Below, one piece after another: positions 9,614-18,980 of a stretch of 64,000 nucleotides of DNA (its first letter is position 1; every line of letters begins with the position of its first letter). Origin of the DNA: Bacteroidales bacterium UBA3696. Lineage in GTDB: Bacteria > Bacteroidota > Bacteroidia > Bacteroidales > Paludibacteraceae. The notes under the pieces are model-generated. The model did no database searches. It saw nothing but the letters and a program-made list of their open reading frames with translations, and was not told where the DNA came from. The position numbers and the translations under genes were made by a program. The stretch spans positions 478-64,477 of the forward strand of contig DFIN01000001.1 of assembly GCA_002372135.1 (NCBI GenBank). The letters run 5' to 3'.

Positions 9614-10581
9614 TGAGTAGTAGTAAGTCGAAAGACAATTGTCGTAAGTCAAAAGTCGAGTACATATTATTCTATTGTTTGTTATCCATTGTTCTATGCC
9701 CGACAGCGCTACGCGCGCAAGTGACTATTGCAGATACAACCTATTATGTGTTAATTACATATAGTGGCAATACAGCAACGGTGGAGATGACTGACGATGT
9801 GAAGAGTTACGTTTCGGCAAGTGTAGATGGCGCTCACGTAACTATTACATCTACTGCTTCTGCCGCAGTCAACGAAATCACGTATGGTCTGGCAGGTAGT
9901 ACAACCAACGGCTCGTTCACGTTCAACGGCAGTTACAAGGCTACGGTGGAATTGTTCGGAGTTACCTTGACCAATCCTGCAGGACCGGCTATTGATATTC
10001 AGAACGGCAAGCGTATAGAGATAAGTGCCAAGAAAGAAACTGTTTCTACGCTAACCGACGGCACATCTACCGAAGAGAGTGCATGGAAAGGGGCTCTGTA
10101 TTGCAAAGGACATATTGAGTTTAAGGGAACACTCAATGTCTATGGTAACTATGCTCATGCTATCAAGGCGGGTAAATATATAGAAATGAAAAACTGCACC
10201 ATCAATGTCTATTCGGCGGTGAAGGACGCCATCAACTGCAATCAGTATTTCTTGATGGAGAGTGGTGAAATCAACCTCAGCGGCTTCGGCGACGATGGCA
10301 TACAGGTAGATATGGAGGATAATGACACATCAGCCGAGAACACAGGCAACTTTACGATGACCGGCGGCACGATTAACATCAACATGACCGGTGCTACCGG
10401 AGAGAGCGTCAAAGCCGATGGGAACCAATCCGTGGCGAGTGAAGCCTTGCTGAATCTAACCACAGGAATAGAGGATGTCCAATCCGCCCGCATGCTCGGT
10501 AACAAAGTGCTGCTTGACGGGAAAGTGCTCATCAAGAAAAACAATCAACTTTATACATTAACAGGCTATGAAATCCAATAA
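9610..10581 (+). CDS. Cthe_2159-like carbohydrate-binding beta-helix protein (secreted)
   Basis: Signal peptide. Repeated GG.I.I....DGI(Q/K) beta-helix rungs. N-terminal region is paralogous to 10568-12562 and 15034-16023. Tail is NKVLLDGKVLIKKNNQLYTLTGYEIQ. Confidence 0.75.
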   Translation: MMSSSKSKDNCRKSKVEYILFYCLLSIVLCPTALRAQVTIADTTYYVLITYSGNTATVEMTDDVKSYVSASVDGAHVTITSTASAAVNEITYGLAGSTTNGSFTFNGSYKATVELFGVTLTNPAGPAIDIQNGKRIEISAKKETVSTLTDGTSTEESAWKGALYCKGHIEFKGTLNVYGNYAHAIKAGKYIEMKNCTINVYSAVKDAINCNQYFLMESGEINLSGFGDDGIQVDMEDNDTSAENTGNFTMTGGTININMTGATGESVKADGNQSVASEALLNLTTGIEDVQSARMLGNKVLLDGKVLIKKNNQLYTLTGYEIQ

Positions 10582-12562
10582 TATGAGAAAATCGTTATTA
10601 ACTATTTGTCTCCTTTGGGGTACATTCTGCGGGGTGGCTCAGACCCTGAATATACAAGTAGGCAATGTAACGTATCAGTTCCCCGCTTCCGAAGCAGGCG
10701 TGATGCCTTTTTCGGACGGCACAACCCTTACCGTGATGGGCAAAGCCTTCACGCTGAGCGAAGTGGATGCCATGTATGTGGACGAAACGGAAGTAACAGA
10801 CAACTTGGTTCAGATTACGTATAGTTCGTCGTCTGCTACCATCCTCGTAGCAGGCAATGTGGCGCAGTATGTAACGCCGTCCCTTAACGGTGCGCATGTT
10901 ACCATTGCCCAAAGCAATACTACCGCCGTGAATGATGATGAGATAACCTACCAACTCACCGGCACTACCTCCAATGGTTCATTCTCCCTCTCCGGCTCAT
11001 ACAAGTGTACAGTGTCATTAGCAGGTGTAACGATGACCAATCCGAGCGGCGCAGCCATCAACATAACCAACTCCAAGCGCATCCAACTCAGTGCGAAGAA
11101 AAATACGACCAACACCCTTGCTGACTGTGCTTCCGGCTCGCAGAAAGCCTGTATATACAGCAAAGGACAGTTGCAACTGCAAGGCAACGGTACGCTCAAT
11201 GTGGTAGGTAACACCAAACATGGTATAAAGAGTGCGTCCTACATATCCGTTAAGAACTTGACGCTGAACATTACCTCCACTGTGGGCGATGGCATCAACT
11301 GCGAAGAGTATATGGAAATCAAAAGCGGTATGATTACGCTCTCCGGCATAGGGGACGATGGTATCCAGTGTGACCTTGGAGGCACCACCTCCACAGGCAT
11401 CACCACCGACCACGAAGACGAGGACACCGGCAATGTCTATATATCCGGCGGAAATATTACGATTACAGTTACGGCTACCGCAGCCAAGGGAATAAAGTGT
11501 GAAGGTGATCTGTATGTTACCGACGGAACGCTCAATGTTACGACCTCAGGCGCGGGCGAGTGGGATAGCGACGATAGTGAAACAAAAGCCGCCGCCGGAC
11601 TGAGTGCGGACGGCAATATGGCTATTTCCGGCGGTACGCTGACCCTCAGAGCAACCGGCTCCGGCGGAAAAGGACTGAAGTGTGACGGCACACTGGCAGT
11701 GAGCGATAGTGCCGTAATCATAGTTACCACGACGGGCGGACTTTATTACAACAATGGTTCCACCGAGAATACCAACTATACCGGCAATACCGATAACATC
11801 AGCAGTAACTATTATTCGTCGCCCAAAGGAATCAAAGCCGCAGGAGCGATTACTATTTCCGGGGGTAAGATATATGTTACCACTTCCGGTCGTAATGGTG
11901 AAGGTATTGAGTCCAAATCAACGCTTGATATAACCGGCGGTGAGGTGGCTGTAACAGCGTATGATGATGCCATCAACGCTGCCTCGCATCTTACCATCAG
12001 CGGCGGCTATGTCTATGCCTACGCCACCAACAACGACGGAATAGACGCCAACGGCAACTGCTACATCAAAGGCGGTCTTATTTATGCCATAGGTGCGTCT
12101 TCGCCTGAAGTAGCCATTGATGCCAACACGGAAGGTGGTTACAAACTGTATGTACAAGGCGGCACGCTCGTGGCTATTGGCGGTTTGGAGAATAATGCAA
12201 GTATCACGCAAACGTGCTATTCGGTAGGTTCTTCTTCCGGCGGTGGCGGCAGATGGTTCGCTCCGGCAGCAGGCCCCGGTGGTGGAGGCCCCGGTGGCAA
12301 TGGCGGTAGTTCATGGACTGCCAATACTTGGTATGCCCTCACCGTAGGAAGCACCACTTTCGCCTTCAAAACACCGAGCAGCGGCGGTACCGCCATGGTC
12401 GTTTCCGGCAGTACCACACCTACGCTCCAATCGGGCGTAACAGCTTCCGGCACAAGCATTTTTAACGGGGTAGGCTATTATCCCGCTACCGTTTCCGGTG
12501 GCTCAAGTGTAAGTTTGAGTTCCTATTCCGGCGGCGGCATGGGTGGTGGCTTTGGTTGGTAA
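10568..12562 (+). CDS. Cthe_2159-like carbohydrate-binding beta-helix protein with Gly/Ser/Pro-rich C-terminus
   Basis: 664 aa, signal peptide, many beta-helix rungs (ISGGNITITV...AKGIKCEGDL, ISGGKIYVTT...GEGIES). C-terminus is GGGGRWFAPAAGPGGGGPGGNGG...YSGGGMGGGFGW. Confidence 0.8.
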   Translation: MKSNNMRKSLLTICLLWGTFCGVAQTLNIQVGNVTYQFPASEAGVMPFSDGTTLTVMGKAFTLSEVDAMYVDETEVTDNLVQITYSSSSATILVAGNVAQYVTPSLNGAHVTIAQSNTTAVNDDEITYQLTGTTSNGSFSLSGSYKCTVSLAGVTMTNPSGAAINITNSKRIQLSAKKNTTNTLADCASGSQKACIYSKGQLQLQGNGTLNVVGNTKHGIKSASYISVKNLTLNITSTVGDGINCEEYMEIKSGMITLSGIGDDGIQCDLGGTTSTGITTDHEDEDTGNVYISGGNITITVTATAAKGIKCEGDLYVTDGTLNVTTSGAGEWDSDDSETKAAAGLSADGNMAISGGTLTLRATGSGGKGLKCDGTLAVSDSAVIIVTTTGGLYYNNGSTENTNYTGNTDNISSNYYSSPKGIKAAGAITISGGKIYVTTSGRNGEGIESKSTLDITGGEVAVTAYDDAINAASHLTISGGYVYAYATNNDGIDANGNCYIKGGLIYAIGASSPEVAIDANTEGGYKLYVQGGTLVAIGGLENNASITQTCYSVGSSSGGGGRWFAPAAGPGGGGPGGNGGSSWTANTWYALTVGSTTFAFKTPSSGGTAMVVSGSTTPTLQSGVTASGTSIFNGVGYYPATVSGGSSVSLSSYSGGGMGGGFGW

Positions 12563-12564
12563 GT

Positions 12565-13362
12565 ATGCAAACCATAGAAGATATCATTCGCCTGTTTGAG
12601 CCGATTGGTTTGTCGCAAATGGAAAGCGTCAAACTCATGAACCGTATCGACACAAAGTATGTGGTTTCGCTGTCGTCTCTCCCGCTTATTCTGCAAGCAG
12701 CCCAAGCGGATTATTACGCACAGGAGATTGATGGTAAGCGGATTGCGACCTATGACACCATGTATTACGATACGGACTCTTTGGACATGTACATCCGGCA
12801 CCATGACCGCCAACTGGCACGCCAGAAAATTCGCGTCCGTCAGTATGTGGATAGTAACCTCACGTTCTTGGAAATAAAACGTAAAAACAACAAAGGGCGT
12901 ACCAACAAGAAGCGGATTGTGGTACCCGGGTTTGACCTCACTGCCGAAACTCCTTCCGTCCTCAAACACAAGAAAAAAGAGGATGAGGCAGTAACGGTAG
13001 AGAGTTTTATTGACCTCAAAAGCCGGTACCATTGGAGCGACATTACTCCCCACTTATGGACCAAGTTCCACCGCATTACTTTGGTGAACAAGGCGAAAAC
13101 CGAACGCCTGACCATCGATTTGGATTTGCTGTGGGAGAACGTGGTTAGCAAGGAGTCGAAAATCTATCCCGACTTGGTCATCATCGAACTCAAGCGGGAT
13201 GGAAATGTGCCCAGCCGTATGACGGATATAATGCTTTCCTACCGAATCAAACCGCTGAAAATAAGCAAATATTGTATTGGTACGGCATTGACAACTCCCG
13301 GACTGAAACGAAACCGGTTCAAAAAGAAAATTCGTTCCATCGAAAAATTATTGAATCATTAA
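12565..13362 (+). CDS. VTC-domain (polyphosphate polymerase domain) protein
   Basis: RIDTKYVV, YDTMYYDTDSLDMY, RQKIRVRQY, FLEIKRKNNKGRTNKKR, RLTIDLDL, IIELKRDG and ISKYCIG match the bacterial VTC/CYTH-like tunnel family pattern. No signal peptide. Confidence 0.8.
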   Translation: MQTIEDIIRLFEPIGLSQMESVKLMNRIDTKYVVSLSSLPLILQAAQADYYAQEIDGKRIATYDTMYYDTDSLDMYIRHHDRQLARQKIRVRQYVDSNLTFLEIKRKNNKGRTNKKRIVVPGFDLTAETPSVLKHKKKEDEAVTVESFIDLKSRYHWSDITPHLWTKFHRITLVNKAKTERLTIDLDLLWENVVSKESKIYPDLVIIELKRDGNVPSRMTDIMLSYRIKPLKISKYCIGTALTTPGLKRNRFKKKIRSIEKLLNH

Positions 13363-13387
13363 ATCTTTGAATCATTAAATCACCAAT

Positions 13388-14143
13388 ATGTTATTTCAAG
13401 TTGATTTAGCCAATCCTACATTGGAGTTTTTGGAGAATGACCCGAGTATAGCTGCCCGTTTTGGTACGAGCGATAGTATTTCCTATATCATGCACTCGTT
13501 TGCCGACTGGTTGGGCGTAAGTGAAAACCTCATTACCATGCCGTTGATGTTCCTCTTCAACCTGTTGGTTTCTTGGGTTCTCATCTATTGCATCTATTAT
13601 CGTTATAGTCGCCGCCGCGATTACTATGTGCAGTTTATGCTGTTTTCAAGCGGTATGTTCTTGTTGCTGTGGCTGATGCAGATACTGGATATTCAAACAG
13701 GTTTTGTGCTCGGTCTGTTTGCCATCTTCGGCATGATTCGTTACCGCACGGAAACAGTGCCTATTCGCGAGATGAACTATATGTTCCTCATTATCGCTCT
13801 GTCGGTAATTAACTCGCTTAGTCTCAAGGCAGACGGTTTGGCGTGGTATTTGTTGCTTTTTGCAAATATACTGATGTTGGCTTTGGCATGGGGCTTTGAA
13901 CTATGGAACGGACGCAAACGCCAATCCACCAAGATTGTTCTCTATGAGAAAATCGAGAATATCAAACCCGAGAACCGTGAGGCACTAATTGCTGATTTGC
14001 AGGATCGTACAGGGCTGAAAGTGATAGATATAGAAATCGGGCATATTGATTTTCTGCGCGATGTGGCATACATCAAAATGACCTACCCCTTGGAAAAAGG
14101 CAAAACGGTCAATAGTATTGATTTGATAACGAAATTCAAATAA
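13388..14143 (+). CDS. DUF4956 family membrane protein
   Basis: Four to five predicted TM helices plus a soluble C-terminal domain. IFGMIRYRTETVPIREMNYMFLIIALSVIN resembles the DUF4956 core. The family commonly neighbours VTC-domain genes. Confidence 0.7.
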   Translation: MLFQVDLANPTLEFLENDPSIAARFGTSDSISYIMHSFADWLGVSENLITMPLMFLFNLLVSWVLIYCIYYRYSRRRDYYVQFMLFSSGMFLLLWLMQILDIQTGFVLGLFAIFGMIRYRTETVPIREMNYMFLIIALSVINSLSLKADGLAWYLLLFANILMLALAWGFELWNGRKRQSTKIVLYEKIENIKPENREALIADLQDRTGLKVIDIEIGHIDFLRDVAYIKMTYPLEKGKTVNSIDLITKFK

Positions 14144-14991
14144 TGAGTATCTCTAACAGCATAAGCGGTCGAGCAGCGAAGTGTTCTAATAGGTCGCTTT
14201 CAGCCGTTCTAATAGCGATAGCAGTCTTATTGGTTCTGCCCGCAAAGGCTTGGGACTATGACAGCGAGGCAGAAACAACCTCCCGTAGTGCTCAATGGCG
14301 TATGGAAGCCGATTTTACCAAGAAGTGGAAAAACGGTCTTCGGTTGGGCATCAACGAGGAGTTGCGTTTTGACCTCTACAATTCGGCAAATGGGGCTGCT
14401 TTCCGCAAGTCTTATACCACCCTGTCTTTTGGGTATGCGCCCATTCAGTATGTCAAGTTGGATGTCGGCTACTCGCTCAAAGTCCTCGGACCGGACAGCA
14501 CTTGGTCTGCCACCAAGAGAGCCGATATCAACGAATATCTGCGCCACCGCGTCTTTTTCACCGTTACCGCTTCCTATAAGTTTGACTATGCCAAACTCTA
14601 TCTTCGCGAGCGCGTGCTGATGGAAGCGCGTACCGATAGTGTCAATCCGCTGGAGAAAAATCAAGTAGATTGGCAGTTGCGCTCTCGTTTAGGTGCAGAC
14701 TTTTTAGTGCCCGGCAAACCCTATAAACCCTATCTGTGGGGGGAGATTGCCAATACACTTAATGCCCCTGAATATCAGCAGAAAAACGGACATCAGTTCA
14801 TCTGTAATGTCCGCGCACAAGCCGGAATAAAGTGGCGCGTGTCAAAACTCAGTTCACTGGATTTCTACTATCGATTCACATACGGATACGACCGAGATAT
14901 CAATATCACCAAGAAAAAAGGATATATCCAACTGACCGAAGAAAAACTGTATCAACATTCTATCGGCGTGGCGTATAATTTGGATTGGTAA
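14143..14991 (+). CDS. putative outer-membrane beta-barrel protein (DUF2490-like)
   Basis: Signal peptide (LIAIAVLLVLPAKA), alternating-hydrophobic strands, terminal aromatic (...IGVAYNLDW). TAATG overlap with the upstream gene. Confidence 0.6.
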   Translation: MSISNSISGRAAKCSNRSLSAVLIAIAVLLVLPAKAWDYDSEAETTSRSAQWRMEADFTKKWKNGLRLGINEELRFDLYNSANGAAFRKSYTTLSFGYAPIQYVKLDVGYSLKVLGPDSTWSATKRADINEYLRHRVFFTVTASYKFDYAKLYLRERVLMEARTDSVNPLEKNQVDWQLRSRLGADFLVPGKPYKPYLWGEIANTLNAPEYQQKNGHQFICNVRAQAGIKWRVSKLSSLDFYYRFTYGYDRDINITKKKGYIQLTEEKLYQHSIGVAYNLDW

Positions 14992-15033
14992 TGGGTGAAT
15001 AGTAAATTATGAACTTTGAAAAAGAAGTGAAAA

Positions 15034-16023
15034 ATGAACAAAATTTGGAAAATACTACCGTTGCTATTTCTCTCGGTGTTATTTATAGGTTGTGAGAACA
15101 AGAGCGAAGGTTCAGCAGCGTCTGATGTGACCAATAACGGGGACGATGCGTCCGACTTGGTGGAAAACGAGATGTGGAATAAGACGATAGACATCGTATG
15201 GAATGGAACAGACGTAACCGTAACAGGGAGTGCGGACGGCGTAAAGGTATCCCATTCAAACGGCTATGTGACCATCAACTCCAAGGCGGAGAAAGTGGAA
15301 TACATAGTTAGCGGAGCAGGAACAGGGCAACTCAGTATTTACGGCAACTACAAATACAAACTGCTCTTGGACGGACTCACGCTCGCTTGTCCTGACGGAC
15401 CGGCTATCAACAGTCAGTGCCCCAGAACGTGTTATGCCGTCTTACAAGGTACAAATATACTATCGGATGGTTCCTCCTATGCCGAATCAGAGGAAGACCG
15501 GAAAGCCGCCTTCTTCAGCGAAGGGAGGATTTGTTTCTCCGGTTCCGGTTCGTTGGAAGTTATCGGCAATTGCAAGCATGCCATCGCCAGCGATTATTAC
15601 ATTCGCTTGTGTTCCGGTACGGGGACGCTTAACCTGACGGCGAAAGCGAGCGATGGACTTCATACCAACCATGGCGTGATAATCAATGACGGTACACTAA
15701 CCATTAATGCCGCTGACGATGGCATCCAATGCGAAGCATCCGGCGTAGTGATTACAGGCGGAATAATCAATATTAACAGCAAATACAAATGTATCAAGAC
15801 GGAGGGTAACCTATCAATCTCCGGCGGAACGATTACGGCTGTTGCAAGCGCGACATCCTCATCCGACGGAACACCCGAAGGTATTGAAGCCAAAGGACAA
15901 ATCACTATTTCCGGCGGTTCGTCCGTTTCATTGTCTGCTTATAGTGGCGGCAATGCGGGAGGTGGATTCCCCGGTGGAAATAATCCTGGTGGGGGACATA
16001 AACCGGGCGGAGGTCCTAAGTAA
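15034..16023 (+). CDS. Cthe_2159-like beta-helix lipoprotein with Gly-rich C-terminus
   Basis: Lipobox LSVLFIGC. Paralogous to the 9610 and 10568 genes. C-terminus SLSAYSGGNAGGGFPGGNNPGGGHKPGGGPK. Confidence 0.75.
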   Translation: MNKIWKILPLLFLSVLFIGCENKSEGSAASDVTNNGDDASDLVENEMWNKTIDIVWNGTDVTVTGSADGVKVSHSNGYVTINSKAEKVEYIVSGAGTGQLSIYGNYKYKLLLDGLTLACPDGPAINSQCPRTCYAVLQGTNILSDGSSYAESEEDRKAAFFSEGRICFSGSGSLEVIGNCKHAIASDYYIRLCSGTGTLNLTAKASDGLHTNHGVIINDGTLTINAADDGIQCEASGVVITGGIININSKYKCIKTEGNLSISGGTITAVASATSSSDGTPEGIEAKGQITISGGSSVSLSAYSGGNAGGGFPGGNNPGGGHKPGGGPK

Positions 16024-16061
16024 TGGGGTAAAATCAAATCATTAAAAACAGTAAACAGACG

Positions 16062-16490
16062 ATGAAAAAATATCTTTTTCTTGTACTAACTACATTGCTC
16101 GCTGTGCCGGCTGTGGCTCAAAGTCTGCTGACACGCGAGCAACTCGCCAAACGCGAGAAACGCAAGAACCTGACGGTCAAAGAATGGAACACAGACGATA
16201 AGACAAAGACCCGTTGGTTAGACCGTATCAAGGTGTATGACAGCCAAGGCAGGTGCGTGGAGGAAATAGAGTATGCTACCTATGGTCAGAAATGGCGCGT
16301 TACCAGCACGTATGATGACGTAACGGGCAAAGTGGTGGAAGAAGTGGAATACAATGACCGCAATCGACCGGTCCGTATCCGCAAGTATGAATGGAACGAA
16401 GACGGCACGAAAGCCAAACAGTACAACTACCTACCGAACGGCAAACTCTTTTCCGTGAAAGTGTTTGAGTATATTTTCTCTGAGAAATAG
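16062..16490 (+). CDS. small secreted repeat protein (hypothetical)
   Basis: Signal peptide MKKYLFLVLTTLLAVPAVAQ. Repeated hairpin-like units (VEEIEY, VEEVEY, IRKYEW, VKVFEY). Confidence 0.6.
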   Translation: MKKYLFLVLTTLLAVPAVAQSLLTREQLAKREKRKNLTVKEWNTDDKTKTRWLDRIKVYDSQGRCVEEIEYATYGQKWRVTSTYDDVTGKVVEEVEYNDRNRPVRIRKYEWNEDGTKAKQYNYLPNGKLFSVKVFEYIFSEK

Positions 16491-16518
16491 GCTTTTTTTC
16501 CGTACCTATTGCGTGATT

Positions 16519-16545
16519 GCGGGGCAAATTCTACTTTTGCCCCGC
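16519..16545 (+). promoter_or_regulatory. 10-bp inverted repeat enclosing a TAnnTTTG -7 box upstream of the TonB-dependent receptor
   Basis: GCGGGGCAAA (16519-16528) / TTTGCCCCGC (16536-16545). TACTTTTG at 16532-16539, 36 nt before ATG 16575. Confidence 0.4.
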
Positions 16546-16574
16546 ATATTTTTATTCATAGATACACAACGGAT

Positions 16575-18968
16575 ATGGAAAAGTATGTTACGTTACTTAT
16601 CTTTGGTTGCATTTGTATCTCCCTTTCGGCGCAGAACAAAAAGTTGCTATCACCCGCTTCATACGTTGTCAGTGGCTATGTGTCCGATATCGAATCCGGC
16701 GAACGACTGATAGGGGCAGCCGTATATGATACGGTTTCGCACCAAGGTGCCGTAACCAATACGGCGGGTTTTTATACACTCACTATTCCTGCCGGTCAAT
16801 CGTGTGTATTGGTGGCTACGTATGTGGGGTATCAGCCTGCTGAATGGTGTGCACCTGCCGATACCAACCAAACTCACCATTTTGTGTTACATAGTGCGGC
16901 TTCCTTACAGGAAGTGGTCGTCAAAGGGCATAGGTCGTTGTCCGCACCCGATAATGTGCAAATGAGTGCCGTGGAAGTGCCGGTGAGCCAGATCCTCTCC
17001 ATTCCTGCCATAGGCGGCGAAGTGGATGTGCTCAAAGCCATACAATTGCTGCCCGGTGTGCAAAACGGCGGGGAAGGCAGTGCCGGTATCTATGTGCGCG
17101 GTGGAGGACCCGATGAGAATTTAATGATATTGGATGGCGCACCGCTCTACAATATCAACCATGCGCTGGGGATGTTCTCCGTCTTTAACGCCGATGCCAT
17201 CAAGAGCGTTACACTCTATAAGGGCAATTTTCCTGCCCGATTCGGCTCACGGCTCAGTTCGGTGGTGGACGTATGGCAGAAAGACGGCAATAAGTCATTT
17301 TGGCATGGCAGTGTATCTGCCGGACTTATCTCTGCCAAAGCCTATGTGGAAGGACCTATCTTGTCCAAAACAACATTTCATATCTCGGCACGTCGTACTT
17401 ATTTTGACTTGTTTACCGCTCCGATGATTGCTGCCGTGGCTGCCTCGCGTAATGATTTATCCCTTTGGGCAGGCTATTATTTCTACGATGTGAACGCCAA
17501 AGTCAGTCATACCTTCTCGGACGCGGATAGATTGACCGTAGGCGTATATACCGGTTCGGATGTGGAATATATGCGGGTAGGCAGAAAGAACCCTGCCAAA
17601 GACAGCAATAATACCTACAAGATGGGCATGCGCTACACGTGGGGGAACACCTTAGCCGTTGCCGATTGGCAGCATTGCTTCAATCATCGTCTGTTTCTCC
17701 ATACCCGTGCCTATTACAGCGGCTACCGCAGTGTACTCAAGCAGACACTCAATGTCGTTTCTGCCGATAATCAACAAGCAATCTTTGACCAAGGTATGGG
17801 CTACAACAGTCAGATTAACGATGTGTCGCTTTCGTCCCACTTGGAATATACCCCCGGCAGCAGGCATCAAGTACGAGCCGGATTGGAATATGTGTATCAC
17901 CATTTTCGACCGGCGGTACAAAGTACGTTTTTGATGGCTGTGGGCGACTCGACGAATGTGCTTTTGGATATGGATACCACGATTCATAACCATTCCTTAC
18001 ACGGGCATGAAGCGTCGGCGTATGTAGAAGATACATGGACACCCTGTTCATGGTACAGGCTCAACTACGGAGCACGCGTGGGAATGTACGGGATTCGCGG
18101 TAAAGTCTATCCCTCTTTTGAACCGCGTATAGGGATGCGTTTCCTCTTGCATCGTGATGTGGCGTTCAAACTCAGTTATTCCTATATGTCGCAGTATGTC
18201 CATCTGTTGAGCAACAGTTCGCTCTCGTTGCCAAGCGATATGTGGGTGCCCGTAACGCGTTCCGTACCGCCTATGCGCTCTATGCAGGTTGCGGCAGGAA
18301 TGAGTTATAACCTGCTTGACCAAGTCGAACTGAGCGTGGAAGGGTACTACAAGCGAAGTCTTAATCTCATTGAGTATAAGGATGGGGCTTCGTATTGGGG
18401 CTATACGGAAGATTGGGAGAAACAGATTTCTATCGGCAATGGCAATAGTTATGGGGTCGAAGTGCTTGCCCAGCGCACGGTAGGACCCGTTACAGGCTGG
18501 ATTGGCTATACATGGAGTCGGACCATGCGACAATTTGACGACATCAACTATGGCAAACCGTTTCATGCGAAATACGACCGCGAACACGACATCAGTATCA
18601 CGCTCCAATACCAAATCACTCCGCGTATTGATATTGCTGCCACGTGGGTCTATGCCACAGGCAATCGAGGTACTATCGTTACGCAAACCTATTTAGACCC
18701 CGTTGCAGGAGTCGTGGAGTATTTCAACGAACGGAACGGTTATGTTCTCCCCGATTATCACAGGTTAGATTTGGCTGCCAATTTTCATTTCCCGTTGAAA
18801 CATTTGCTCAACGGGCAGAAGGCGGAGCATGTACTCAACGTCAGTTGCTACAACGTCTATTGCCACCTCAATCCGATGTTTGTCCATACCGACCCCTATA
18901 CCGGCAAAATGTATCAAATCACACTTTTCCCTATTTTGCCCAGTATCAGTTATCAATTCTCATTCTAA
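16575..18968 (+). CDS. TonB-dependent receptor (CarboxypepD_reg-like N-terminal domain, plug, barrel)
   Basis: VVSGYVSDIESGERLIGAAVY (carboxypeptidase regulatory-like), plug motifs (LPGVQNGGEGSAGIYVRGGGPDENLMILDGAPLYN), terminal ...ISYQFSF. Confidence 0.9.
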   Translation: MEKYVTLLIFGCICISLSAQNKKLLSPASYVVSGYVSDIESGERLIGAAVYDTVSHQGAVTNTAGFYTLTIPAGQSCVLVATYVGYQPAEWCAPADTNQTHHFVLHSAASLQEVVVKGHRSLSAPDNVQMSAVEVPVSQILSIPAIGGEVDVLKAIQLLPGVQNGGEGSAGIYVRGGGPDENLMILDGAPLYNINHALGMFSVFNADAIKSVTLYKGNFPARFGSRLSSVVDVWQKDGNKSFWHGSVSAGLISAKAYVEGPILSKTTFHISARRTYFDLFTAPMIAAVAASRNDLSLWAGYYFYDVNAKVSHTFSDADRLTVGVYTGSDVEYMRVGRKNPAKDSNNTYKMGMRYTWGNTLAVADWQHCFNHRLFLHTRAYYSGYRSVLKQTLNVVSADNQQAIFDQGMGYNSQINDVSLSSHLEYTPGSRHQVRAGLEYVYHHFRPAVQSTFLMAVGDSTNVLLDMDTTIHNHSLHGHEASAYVEDTWTPCSWYRLNYGARVGMYGIRGKVYPSFEPRIGMRFLLHRDVAFKLSYSYMSQYVHLLSNSSLSLPSDMWVPVTRSVPPMRSMQVAAGMSYNLLDQVELSVEGYYKRSLNLIEYKDGASYWGYTEDWEKQISIGNGNSYGVEVLAQRTVGPVTGWIGYTWSRTMRQFDDINYGKPFHAKYDREHDISITLQYQITPRIDIAATWVYATGNRGTIVTQTYLDPVAGVVEYFNERNGYVLPDYHRLDLAANFHFPLKHLLNGQKAEHVLNVSCYNVYCHLNPMFVHTDPYTGKMYQITLFPILPSISYQFSF

Positions 18969-18980
18969 TACTTGTCTTCT

